From: Bacteroidales bacterium
Lineage (GTDB): Bacteria; Bacteroidota; Bacteroidia; Bacteroidales; GWA2-32-17
Direction of reading: 5' to 3'
Assembly: GCA_026417155.1 (NCBI GenBank)
Contig: JAOADU010000056.1
Coordinates: forward strand, 28,229 to 92,228
DNA: 64,000 nt
Every line of letters begins with the position of its first letter. Position 1 is the stretch's first letter. The notes below the pieces were generated by a model that was not told the DNA's origin, did no database searches, and worked only from the letters and a program-made list of their open reading frames with translations. Positions 37,698 through 46,329 of the stretch are shown in pieces. The position numbers were made by a program, and so were the translations under genes.

Positions 37698-37705
37698 CAA
37701 ATATA
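37698..37705 (-). promoter_or_regulatory. -7 promoter box TATATTTG for the 37675-36413 unit
   Basis: The plus strand reads CAAATATA, 22 nt upstream of the ATG at 37675. Confidence 0.4.
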
Positions 37706-37757
37706 TAAAGGAAAAATATAAATGTCAATATTTTATAGCTAATTTTTCAACGAAAAA

Positions 37758-37871
37758 ATGTTCATTTTATTGTTACGCAAAACAACATTTTTTACAGATA
37801 AATCATTTTTTTGAATAAAAATTGGTCGAATTGCTCTTGTACATGTTCATAAAAAATAGAGTCATGTTCAT
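37758..37871. repeat. Clustered direct repeats of (C)ATGTTCAT
   Basis: ATGTTCAT at 37758-37765, CATGTTCAT at 37842-37850 and CATGTTCAT at 37863-37871. The last two are 21 nt apart. Confidence 0.5.
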
Positions 37872-37882
37872 GGGCTAAAGTA

Positions 37883-40321
37883 TTATTGTAACCATGAAAT
37901 GAGGCTATTTAAAATAAAAGCTATAGACCAAGCCAATAAGGTAGAAAAAAATATTACGTAAATGGCCCATTTCCATTTGGCTGTTTCTTTTTTGATGGAT
38001 GCAATGACTGCGATGCAAGGGAAATAAATTAAAACAAAAGCTAAGAATGCAACAATAACAGGCAGGGTAAATAACGGTTGTTGCTTATAATTACTGGCAG
38101 CCTTTAAATTGTTGCTTAAGCTGTCGAAGTTTTCCTCATGATTGTTAAACAATACTGCCAAAGTGCTAACGACAACTTCTTTGCCAGTAATACCTGCTAT
38201 TAAGCTAACTGAAATTCGCCAATCAAAACCTAAAGGCATCATGATTGGCTCAATAAATCTGCCAATATTAGCTAAATAGGAATTTTCGAGTTGATAAATA
38301 TATATCTTATTTTTTAATTGATTTAATGAATTGTGCGAATTAGCAGGCAAATTATTCTTTTTTTCTAGTTGCACAATTTTATCTAGAAGGTCATTTGTTT
38401 GTAATGAAGTGGGGAAGTAGCTTAAACTCCATATAATGATAGAAGCAAAAAGAATTATACCCGACATTTTTTTTAGGTATTGTTTTGCTTTATGCCACAT
38501 GTGTTTTAGAATATTTCTGTATGTTGGTATTCGATATGGTGGTAATTCCATTACAAATGGGATTTCATTCTTATTAAAGAGTGTTTTCTTTAATAGTAGT
38601 GAAAGTAATGCCGCCAATACAATTCCAGATAAATAGATGATAAAAATAGCCGTGCCTGCATGCTTCCCAAAAAATGTTCCGGCAAACAAAACATAGATGG
38701 GAAGCCTTGCACTGCACGACATAAGTGGATTAACCAAAATGGTAACTAATCTATCGGAGTGACTTTCTATGGTGCGTGTTGCCATTATTGCAGGAACATT
38801 GCAGCCAAATCCCATAAATAGCGGAATAAATGATTTTCCATGAAGCCCCATTTTGTGCATAATTTTATCCATCAAAAAGGCAACACGTGCCATATATCCC
38901 GTATCTTCCATGATAGATATAAAAAAGAATAAAAGCAAAATATTGGGTAAAAAGACTAAAACACCTCCTACGCCTTGAATAATGCCATCGCTTAATAAAT
39001 CTTTAAATATACCAGATGGCAACCATGTTTCGGTTAAATTGCCCAACCATTCTACAGATTGCTCAATCCAATGCACAGGATATTGTCCGATAAAAAAAGT
39101 GGTTTCGAAAATAAACCATAGAAAAATAAAAAATATCGGAAGCCCTAATATTCTATTGATAAGAATTGCATCAATTTTCTTTGAAATGGTTCGGGCAGAA
39201 TCTTTATTTTTCTTGTATGTTTCGGCTAAAGCACCGGAGATAAATCCGTATTTGGCATCGGCAATGATTGTTTCGGGCAATTCGCCAAAGTCTTTTTCTA
39301 AGTTTTGGATGTGTTTTTGAGCAAGCGATAAAATTTTACTGCCATTGGGGAGTTTTTCTATTATTTGATGAATATCTTTATCATTTTCTAATAGTTTCAA
39401 AGATAAAAAACGCGAAGAATACTGATCGAGTAAGCTTTTATTTTTTTTTAGTTCGTGTTGTATGTCAGAAATAGCATTTTCTATATTTTGTCCGTAGTGA
39501 ATGTGAATGTGTCGATATGTATTGCTACGATTTTCATAAATTGCTATTACTTCATTAAAAAGTTGAAAAATGCCTCTTCCCCTTGTACTTACGGTAGGAA
39601 TGATAGGAACACCTATCATTTTACCAAGTTTATCGTAATTGAATTGATCGCCTTTTTTTTGAAGCTCATCGTACATGTTTAATGCCATTACGACGGGCAT
39701 GTCCATGTCTATGAGTTGGGTTGTTAGATACAAGTTTCTTTCCAAATTAGAAGCATCAACAATGTTAATCACAACATCGGGGAATTCGGTTGTAAGATAG
39801 TTTCGCACAAATAATTCTTCGGGCGAATACGCCGATAATGAATACGTACCAGGCAAATCGGTAATTTCGAAAGTATAACCGTTGTATTTATATAATCCTT
39901 TTTTTATATCAACGGTAACACCACCATAATTTCCAACTCGTTCGGATAAGCCTGTGCAATAATTAAATAAAGTTGTTTTTCCGCAGTTGGGATTACCTAC
40001 TAATGCTACATGAATAACTTTTGATTTATCGCCGTTGAAAGAATTTTTTTCCTGATTGATAGAAACAACCGAGTTATTAAATGTTGTTGTAGGAATGGGT
40101 TCGTTTTGAATTTCGATAAGTGCAGCTTCACTTTTTCTTAATGTTACTTCATAACCTAAAATTTTGAATATGATAGGGTCATTAAGGGGAGCTTGTTGTA
40201 CATATTCGACTTGTTCGCCACGAATAAAGCCCATTTCTATAATTCTTTTGCGAAAGCTTCCTCGTCCTTTTACTTTAACTATATAGGCTTTATCACCAGG
40301 TTTTAAATCTGTGAGTAGCAT
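37883..40321 (-). CDS. feoB: Ferrous iron transporter, FeoA-FeoB fusion
   Basis: N-terminal FeoA/SH3-like segment of about 75 aa, then the G-domain (GNPNCGKTTLFN, DLPGTYSL) and the polytopic FeoB membrane domain. Length 812 aa. Confidence 0.93.
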   Translation of the reverse strand: MLLTDLKPGDKAYIVKVKGRGSFRKRIIEMGFIRGEQVEYVQQAPLNDPIIFKILGYEVTLRKSEAALIEIQNEPIPTTTFNNSVVSINQEKNSFNGDKSKVIHVALVGNPNCGKTTLFNYCTGLSERVGNYGGVTVDIKKGLYKYNGYTFEITDLPGTYSLSAYSPEELFVRNYLTTEFPDVVINIVDASNLERNLYLTTQLIDMDMPVVMALNMYDELQKKGDQFNYDKLGKMIGVPIIPTVSTRGRGIFQLFNEVIAIYENRSNTYRHIHIHYGQNIENAISDIQHELKKNKSLLDQYSSRFLSLKLLENDKDIHQIIEKLPNGSKILSLAQKHIQNLEKDFGELPETIIADAKYGFISGALAETYKKNKDSARTISKKIDAILINRILGLPIFFIFLWFIFETTFFIGQYPVHWIEQSVEWLGNLTETWLPSGIFKDLLSDGIIQGVGGVLVFLPNILLLFFFISIMEDTGYMARVAFLMDKIMHKMGLHGKSFIPLFMGFGCNVPAIMATRTIESHSDRLVTILVNPLMSCSARLPIYVLFAGTFFGKHAGTAIFIIYLSGIVLAALLSLLLKKTLFNKNEIPFVMELPPYRIPTYRNILKHMWHKAKQYLKKMSGIILFASIIIWSLSYFPTSLQTNDLLDKIVQLEKKNNLPANSHNSLNQLKNKIYIYQLENSYLANIGRFIEPIMMPLGFDWRISVSLIAGITGKEVVVSTLAVLFNNHEENFDSLSNNLKAASNYKQQPLFTLPVIVAFLAFVLIYFPCIAVIASIKKETAKWKWAIYVIFFSTLLAWSIAFILNSLISWLQ

Positions 40322-40388
40322 GGTAGTTTAAATTCTTTGTAAAATTACAATTCAGAATGATGGTAATATATCCCTAAATGTGGTGAAT

Positions 40389-40844
40389 TTAAAGTATGCT
40401 AATAGCTTCTAATTGTAATTCAGCTTTTTTAATTTTAACTACTTTACATATGTACTGCTGTGGTAAATTTTGTACGTTTACTTGTTGATAATTGATAACA
40501 ACAGCTTTGTTTGTTTTATCATTGTATGCAAGAACTACATAATATGGCTCGCCTGTGCGTTGCTTGATGCGTTGTTGAATGCTTGTTAGCGTAAACTTAT
40601 CCATATCATTTAAACGATAAATGGGATGTTGGGGTTCGAGGAAAATTTTGCCATTACAATTTATTTTATTGACGTTGCATATAATATTTTTCTTTTCTTG
40701 TATGGGATAATCAATATAGTATTGTTGTGGTAACAAGTATTTTCTTCCCCAGTCGTCAATAAGGATAAAATATTTCCCATCGGGTAAGGATATAAGTTTC
40801 TCTACAAAAAAATTATATTCTTTACCTTCTTCTAATGTTACCAT
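40389..40844 (-). CDS. Hypothetical cytoplasmic protein (151 aa)
   Basis: No signal peptide. Overlaps the upstream SPOR gene by 7 nt. No family recognised. Confidence 0.5.
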   Translation of the reverse strand: MVTLEEGKEYNFFVEKLISLPDGKYFILIDDWGRKYLLPQQYYIDYPIQEKKNIICNVNKINCNGKIFLEPQHPIYRLNDMDKFTLTSIQQRIKQRTGEPYYVVLAYNDKTNKAVVINYQQVNVQNLPQQYICKVVKIKKAELQLEAISIL

Positions 40845-41605
40845 GTTGATGTTTGTACAACACGTTGATAATTTTCGTATTTAACAACAAAAGCTCCAAA
40901 AATTCCGCAAGAACTACGAAAGTTTTTTGCATCGTCGAGTGTAGCAAAGTCGCCAATAGTGTATTTGTAAAGCCCATCAATAAATTCTTCTTTTATAAAT
41001 TCCACATCAGGATAAAGTTCTGAAAGCTGAGCTTTTGACAGTTTTCGTTTAAAAGCAGCTATTTGAACACGATAAAAGTTAGGTTCGCTAATTTTTTGTG
41101 GTTTTACTTTAACAACTTCATCTGTTTTAGGATATTCTTGTGTTTCTTTGTAGGCAGGGTTGTTTTTCCACGACATATCGTTTTTAATTTGAAAAGGTAT
41201 AATGCCTATAGATACTTTTGATTTATTTTTATCCTGAATGAAAAAGAAATTACCATAAATTTCCTTGTAGCCAACAATTCTAAAGTCAATAACAATATTT
41301 GCAGTGATTTTAATATCTTTTACGGGTGGCAGTTCTATCCATATATATTTGAGTAATTGACCTTGTTTTATTAATGTAGCTCCAGCATTATCTATAGGAT
41401 TGAGTTCGACTCCGACAGGCATATATAATTCTAATTTGGCAAAACCTGAAATATTTTCTTTATGAATAATAATATCTATCGGATAAGATTTGCCTGCTTC
41501 TAGTTTGGAAGGTAAAACAATATCGACAAAAATATCGCCTTGGGCAATGGTATTATATGCAATAAACTGTAAGAAAAAAATTATATACAAAAATTTTGTA
41601 AACAT
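40838..41605 (-). CDS. Secreted protein with a C-terminal SPOR domain
   Basis: Signal peptide. The C-terminal SPOR-like module is FYRVQIAAFKRKLS...GLYKYTIGDFATLDDAKNFRSSCGIFGAFVV. Confidence 0.6.
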   Translation of the reverse strand: MFTKFLYIIFFLQFIAYNTIAQGDIFVDIVLPSKLEAGKSYPIDIIIHKENISGFAKLELYMPVGVELNPIDNAGATLIKQGQLLKYIWIELPPVKDIKITANIVIDFRIVGYKEIYGNFFFIQDKNKSKVSIGIIPFQIKNDMSWKNNPAYKETQEYPKTDEVVKVKPQKISEPNFYRVQIAAFKRKLSKAQLSELYPDVEFIKEEFIDGLYKYTIGDFATLDDAKNFRSSCGIFGAFVVKYENYQRVVQTSTW

Positions 41606-41619
41606 GTGAAAACAATGCT

Positions 41620-41627
41620 CAAAAATA
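41620..41627 (-). promoter_or_regulatory. -7 promoter box TATTTTTG upstream of the SPOR gene (possible internal promoter)
   Basis: The plus strand reads CAAAAATA, 14 nt upstream of the ATG at 41605. Confidence 0.35.
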
Positions 41628-41633
41628 CATAAA

Positions 41634-41858
41634 TTATTTAATGAAACGATAGAGTATATACAGAATAATACTTAATAATATGCTTAGAATAATGCTAGTC
41701 ATTAATGGAAAAAATACGGTAACGTTTTTGAACTGAAAAACAAAATCGCCTGGTAACTTTTTAATGTTTGGAAAATACGTTTCTACTGCCCAAAGAATAA
41801 CTCCGATGATAATAAAAACAAATCCTATAATCATAAATATTTTCCACATCATTTTCAT
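41634..41858 (-). CDS. DUF2905-like small membrane protein
   Basis: 74 aa with two TM helices flanking an LPGDF motif. Confidence 0.6.
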   Translation of the reverse strand: MKMMWKIFMIIGFVFIIIGVILWAVETYFPNIKKLPGDFVFQFKNVTVFFPLMTSIILSILLSIILYILYRFIK

Positions 41859-43054
41859 TTTCCTTTACAATATCGTTGAATATATGATTCGGCTTTTATA
41901 TATCCCCACTGCTTTGCTTTCTCGAAATCACGGCATGCTGCCAAAGCATTTTTCATAGCATGGTATATAAGTGCTCTTTGAAAAAAATACTTTCCTTGCA
42001 TCGCTTTTAAATCCATTGCCATGCAAATGTCGCCGAAAGCGTCTTCGTATCGGTTTAATTCGTAATAACAAGCACTTCTTTCATAGTAATATTCAGAGTT
42101 TCCAGAATTTAAAGAAATAGCTTTAGAAAAATAACTGATGGCATCTTCTAATTTATTTATATTTTTACAAGCTATGCCAGTTTGATAGTACATTTTGTCC
42201 GATAAAGTATCGTAACGTAAATATTGTAGTGCACATTCGTACGATTTTTTGTAATCTTCGGCATAGTTATAATTCATGGTAGCCATAGATAACCATTGTA
42301 TTTTATAGGGTTGTAAATGGAAAAGCTGCTCATATATCTCGGCTAATAACTTGAATTTTTTGTGAGTTTCTAATATTTGAGCTTTTAATAAATAAGCATC
42401 AACTAATAAAGTTTTACTTTTTATTATTTGATCAATGCTTCGCATAGCTTCTTTCGTATTCTGACCAGCCAAATATGCTCGGGCTCGCCAAAGCAATAGG
42501 GTAGAGTTGTTGGGGTATTGTTGTAATGAATTATCTACCAAATCAATTAAATCATTAATTTCTTTTCTGTCGTATAGGTATTCAATTTCAGCTATTCGAT
42601 TTTCGAATTCATCAAACCACGATTGTTTCCAAAGGTCATTCCATTGTTTATCGTTATTTAGAAAATTAAATGCAGGATGAGTTCGTAGTTTGTTTTCGGG
42701 AAGTTTGTTTCTTAATTTAAGATATTGTTTTAGCCAAAATAGACAACTATCAGTATTTTTTTGCATTCCATAAGCAAGAGCAATTTGAAGCGAGGCTGAA
42801 GAATCATATCTTAATAGTTTAAAGTTTGTACGAATGGCTTCGTTAAATTTTTTTTGTTTGTAATAAATAGACGACAATTCTTGCAAAGAGATATTTGTAT
42901 AAAAGTTTTTTTCTATGAGCTCATTGAATAATTTTATTGCAGTGTTTGTATCACGGTATTGTATGGCGATATATGCTTTAATAAGCATTTCATTTTGTGA
43001 AAATGTCCAGATGCTTGTAAAGTAAAATAAAAACAGAAATATTAGTTTATTCAT
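41855..43054 (-). CDS. Secreted tetratricopeptide-repeat protein
   Basis: Signal peptide and multiple TPR-like 34-aa units (A..Y..G......A...F..A). ATGA overlap with the downstream gene. Confidence 0.7.
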   Translation of the reverse strand: MNKLIFLFLFYFTSIWTFSQNEMLIKAYIAIQYRDTNTAIKLFNELIEKNFYTNISLQELSSIYYKQKKFNEAIRTNFKLLRYDSSASLQIALAYGMQKNTDSCLFWLKQYLKLRNKLPENKLRTHPAFNFLNNDKQWNDLWKQSWFDEFENRIAEIEYLYDRKEINDLIDLVDNSLQQYPNNSTLLLWRARAYLAGQNTKEAMRSIDQIIKSKTLLVDAYLLKAQILETHKKFKLLAEIYEQLFHLQPYKIQWLSMATMNYNYAEDYKKSYECALQYLRYDTLSDKMYYQTGIACKNINKLEDAISYFSKAISLNSGNSEYYYERSACYYELNRYEDAFGDICMAMDLKAMQGKYFFQRALIYHAMKNALAACRDFEKAKQWGYIKAESYIQRYCKGK

Positions 43055-45656
43055 TTCCTGTTTTTTTAGTAGTTATAATGTGTATGAATCCAGTAATGGC
43101 TCGCGGTTCAATGCCTGTTAATCTACGTTCGTAAACATCACAAATGTAATAATATACTCCGTTGGGCACTATTTTTTTAGTGTCTATATCTCTACCATCC
43201 CACATAATATCGGGGTTTTCAGTTCGAAAAACGAGTTTACCCCAACGATTGTATATTTTTAAATCTATTTTTTCGACAAATTGATAAGGTCCGGGTCTAA
43301 AATAATCGTTTTGACTGTTATTATCGGGGGTAAATATGTTGGGAAGTTGGTAATATGTACATTCATCAACACACGATTTATGAATTTTTGCACTTTCATT
43401 GTAAAATGAGTCGACAGCAGTTACAATATAACATCCTGCTAATGAATAAGTTGGAATGTGAATGAATGTTGTGTCATTAGGATTATTCTTTTGAGCAATT
43501 AATGTCATATTTCCATTTAGGGTGGGCGAATAATAAATATTATAACCAATAACATCGTCGGCACAGGTTAGATTTGGATTGTTCCATCGCAAAACGTTTT
43601 GATACAAACTACATACAGAATTAACTTGCAATTGGGGCATACATGGAGGTGTTGTATCTTTTGGTGTTTCACATTTTATTTGAGAAAAATTGATGAAAGG
43701 CATATTGTAATTTCCAGTCTGATAATAACCGTAGCCTTTTACTTTGTAACAATATGTATTACCATTTACCAAACTATCATCGATATACGACGATGATTTA
43801 GTCTGACTTATAGAATCCCATATATTGTTTTGTGCATTTAACCGGTAAACAACATATAAAGTATCGGTCCATGGAACATTTTTTTGCCACGATAGGTGTA
43901 CTTTATTGTCATCGGGGATTGTGTTTAATCGAATACTTGATGCGATAGATGGTGAGCCAATTAAGAATCTATTTCCTGGTTGATCATTGTAAAATTCAAT
44001 TTTATACGAATATGGAAAATTAGTTGTATTGAGCAAGGTATCTGTATATGTAGTATCATTAATATTGTTAAGTGTATCAATAGCTTGTGCATATTGTCCC
44101 CAAAAATCGTTGGAGTGATAAACAATATATTGATAGGGTCCGGGTGCTGCTAATGTATCAAATTCAGTTGGTTTTGACCATTCGACATAAATTTTTCCCT
44201 GATTTGTATCAGTACTATCTACGCTTACATGGGTGATAACAGGAATGCCTTTAACTAAATTTGTGCAAACTTCCTTTGAAGCGATGCTTTCGGCATTGTC
44301 GGGGAATACACTAACGATGCGATAGCAATACTCGTATCCTTGTGGCAATCCAATGCCATAATTATTGTCTAAAAAAGAAGTATCGTTAATAGAAGTTGTG
44401 GAATGAATTTTTACATAACCTGTAAAGGATGGAATTCCTGTTGTGCAACTGTCAGGATCCCAACCCGATGGTGAAATACGCCGATAGATATCGTAACGAA
44501 TGGCTTGAGGGCATGGAGCTTTTGACCAAATTAGCTGAACAGAATTGGAAGTTGGAATCAGTAATAAATTTTGAATAGGTGGGCAAATTACTTTTATATA
44601 AACTTTTTCTTGTTTTACCAAGCTCACGGTTGAGTTATGATCTTTAGCTCTGAAGACAACTAAATAAGGGAAATGTTTGACATGCGAGCAAACAGTTTGC
44701 CACCAAAAAGTTCCAGTAACAGGGCTAGGACCTATAATAGTGTCGAAATGTGCTTTAGATTCAGAAACTTCGAAAGGTCCTCCATAAGCATTTAATGTAA
44801 TTATTTCATTTTGTGGGTCGGCAGCTGTTACGTTGAATGATATGGAATCGCCTGCCCAAACACATAAATCGGGAATATCGCTTATTATTGGGGGTAAATT
44901 ATTAGCGTCAATAACTTCAATCTGAATATCACGTAATAATTCACTTATTTTAATATAAGATTTTGTCTCACTATAATATCGCCATTCTTCAATAATCATA
45001 GCAACATTGTATATTCCTGTTTGTTGAGGACGTTCCCAAATAAGGTCGCCTGTTATTTTGTTAACAACTAAGGAGTCGCTAGCGTAAGGGAATGTATAAT
45101 TGGGAATTGGAAGTCCATTATTGCCCAAACATACAGTAAGCCTATATGCTAAACTGTCGCCATCGGGGTCGTATGCACCAGGATTGTGTATAAAAGTAGT
45201 ATTGAGTTTTGCTTTATCAATTGGCGGATACGTTAATATTGGAGTCGAATTTCCTGCAAATGCAGGATTTATATTGATAATTGTTTGTAATGTAAAAGTT
45301 ACATTTACCGAGTTAGGTATATTTTTTACACCGTAATTTCGATTTTGGTCTTCCATGGTAATTTTATAAATGCCTGGTCCGGGATAAGTGTGTTCGCCGA
45401 TGTATGTATTTTTTACATAATAATCGGCAAGTTCAATTTTTGAAACTCTAGGCACAATGGAAGTAGTTCCGTCACCCCAGCTAACTTCTAATTCAGGACG
45501 ATCGGCTTGAGAAAGTGAATAGGTATATGTTACCATCGTAATTTCGTAAGTATAGCCACCTTTGTGTTTGTAGCGAATTTCACCTGCTCTATTGTGTGTA
45601 GCCAAAACAGATAAGTATGTAATAAAAAATGATAATATAAAAAAAATATTTTTCAT
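43047..45656 (-). CDS. Large cell-surface protein with a T9SS type-B (gliding-motility-associated) C-terminal sorting domain
   Basis: The C-terminus matches the TIGR04131-type signature (LPNIFTPDNNSQNDYF...IYNRWGKLVF...WDGRD...VPNGVYYY). Signal peptide followed by THNRAGEIRYK. The middle is long, beta-rich and Ig/FN3-like. Confidence 0.75.
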   Translation of the reverse strand: MKNIFFILSFFITYLSVLATHNRAGEIRYKHKGGYTYEITMVTYTYSLSQADRPELEVSWGDGTTSIVPRVSKIELADYYVKNTYIGEHTYPGPGIYKITMEDQNRNYGVKNIPNSVNVTFTLQTIININPAFAGNSTPILTYPPIDKAKLNTTFIHNPGAYDPDGDSLAYRLTVCLGNNGLPIPNYTFPYASDSLVVNKITGDLIWERPQQTGIYNVAMIIEEWRYYSETKSYIKISELLRDIQIEVIDANNLPPIISDIPDLCVWAGDSISFNVTAADPQNEIITLNAYGGPFEVSESKAHFDTIIGPSPVTGTFWWQTVCSHVKHFPYLVVFRAKDHNSTVSLVKQEKVYIKVICPPIQNLLLIPTSNSVQLIWSKAPCPQAIRYDIYRRISPSGWDPDSCTTGIPSFTGYVKIHSTTSINDTSFLDNNYGIGLPQGYEYCYRIVSVFPDNAESIASKEVCTNLVKGIPVITHVSVDSTDTNQGKIYVEWSKPTEFDTLAAPGPYQYIVYHSNDFWGQYAQAIDTLNNINDTTYTDTLLNTTNFPYSYKIEFYNDQPGNRFLIGSPSIASSIRLNTIPDDNKVHLSWQKNVPWTDTLYVVYRLNAQNNIWDSISQTKSSSYIDDSLVNGNTYCYKVKGYGYYQTGNYNMPFINFSQIKCETPKDTTPPCMPQLQVNSVCSLYQNVLRWNNPNLTCADDVIGYNIYYSPTLNGNMTLIAQKNNPNDTTFIHIPTYSLAGCYIVTAVDSFYNESAKIHKSCVDECTYYQLPNIFTPDNNSQNDYFRPGPYQFVEKIDLKIYNRWGKLVFRTENPDIMWDGRDIDTKKIVPNGVYYYICDVYERRLTGIEPRAITGFIHIITTKKTGNE

Positions 45657-46150
45657 TGCACTTTAATTCTTGTATTATGCTTAGTAAAGGTTAATCCTTG
45701 TTCCTCATTTCCCCAATTAATGATAACAAGATTGGTCATATCGGGATATAATTGATTGAGTAAATCATTAAAAATTTCTAAACTATTAATTTTTGAAGTT
45801 ATGGGATATTCTAAATATATCCATGTGGCATCTTCAACAACAGTATATTTAATAAATCGTATTTTTTCTTTTGGAATAGCTTTATTGTTAATATAAATCA
45901 TTAGTTTAGATGCAATATAATCGCATAGCAATTGATGAATATTAGAAACTGGGCGATTCTGAGTAAGCATAATATTGTTTTGAGAATATAAAAGTATGGC
46001 ATGCTCCAAATCATCGGTAAAAATTTTGCACGAAACTTCGAAAACAGCTTTATCAGCTTTGGGTTCGATATTGACTACAGTAATGTGTACTGGATGAGAC
46101 TGTAACCACAGTGACAATCCTAAAAACATTGATAGTAGTAGATATTTCAT
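45653..46150 (-). CDS. Secreted hypothetical protein, DUF6702-like (tentative)
   Basis: After the signal peptide the sequence reads HPVHITVVNIE....FEVSCKIFTDDLEHAI, which resembles my recollection of the Bacteroidota DUF6702 family. ATGA overlap with the T9SS cargo gene. Confidence 0.4.
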   Translation of the reverse strand: MKYLLLSMFLGLSLWLQSHPVHITVVNIEPKADKAVFEVSCKIFTDDLEHAILLYSQNNIMLTQNRPVSNIHQLLCDYIASKLMIYINNKAIPKEKIRFIKYTVVEDATWIYLEYPITSKINSLEIFNDLLNQLYPDMTNLVIINWGNEEQGLTFTKHNTRIKVQ

Positions 46151-46161
46151 AGCAAGAAAAT

Positions 46162-46169
46162 CAAAGATA
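46162..46169 (-). promoter_or_regulatory. -7 promoter box TATCTTTG for the 46150-40389 operon
   Basis: The plus strand reads CAAAGATA, 11 nt upstream of the ATG at 46150. Confidence 0.45.
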
Positions 46170-46329
46170 AAGTTACAACAAAAAAATGTTATTAACCAAA
46201 GCTAAACAACTATGAATGAAAAAATTTGTTAAAGTAGAATTTAATCATTTGAAATATAAAAATACGTTAAATTTTTTTGATTGAATAAAACATACTAACT
46301 TTACCTATGTAAAGCAATTGATTTTACTA

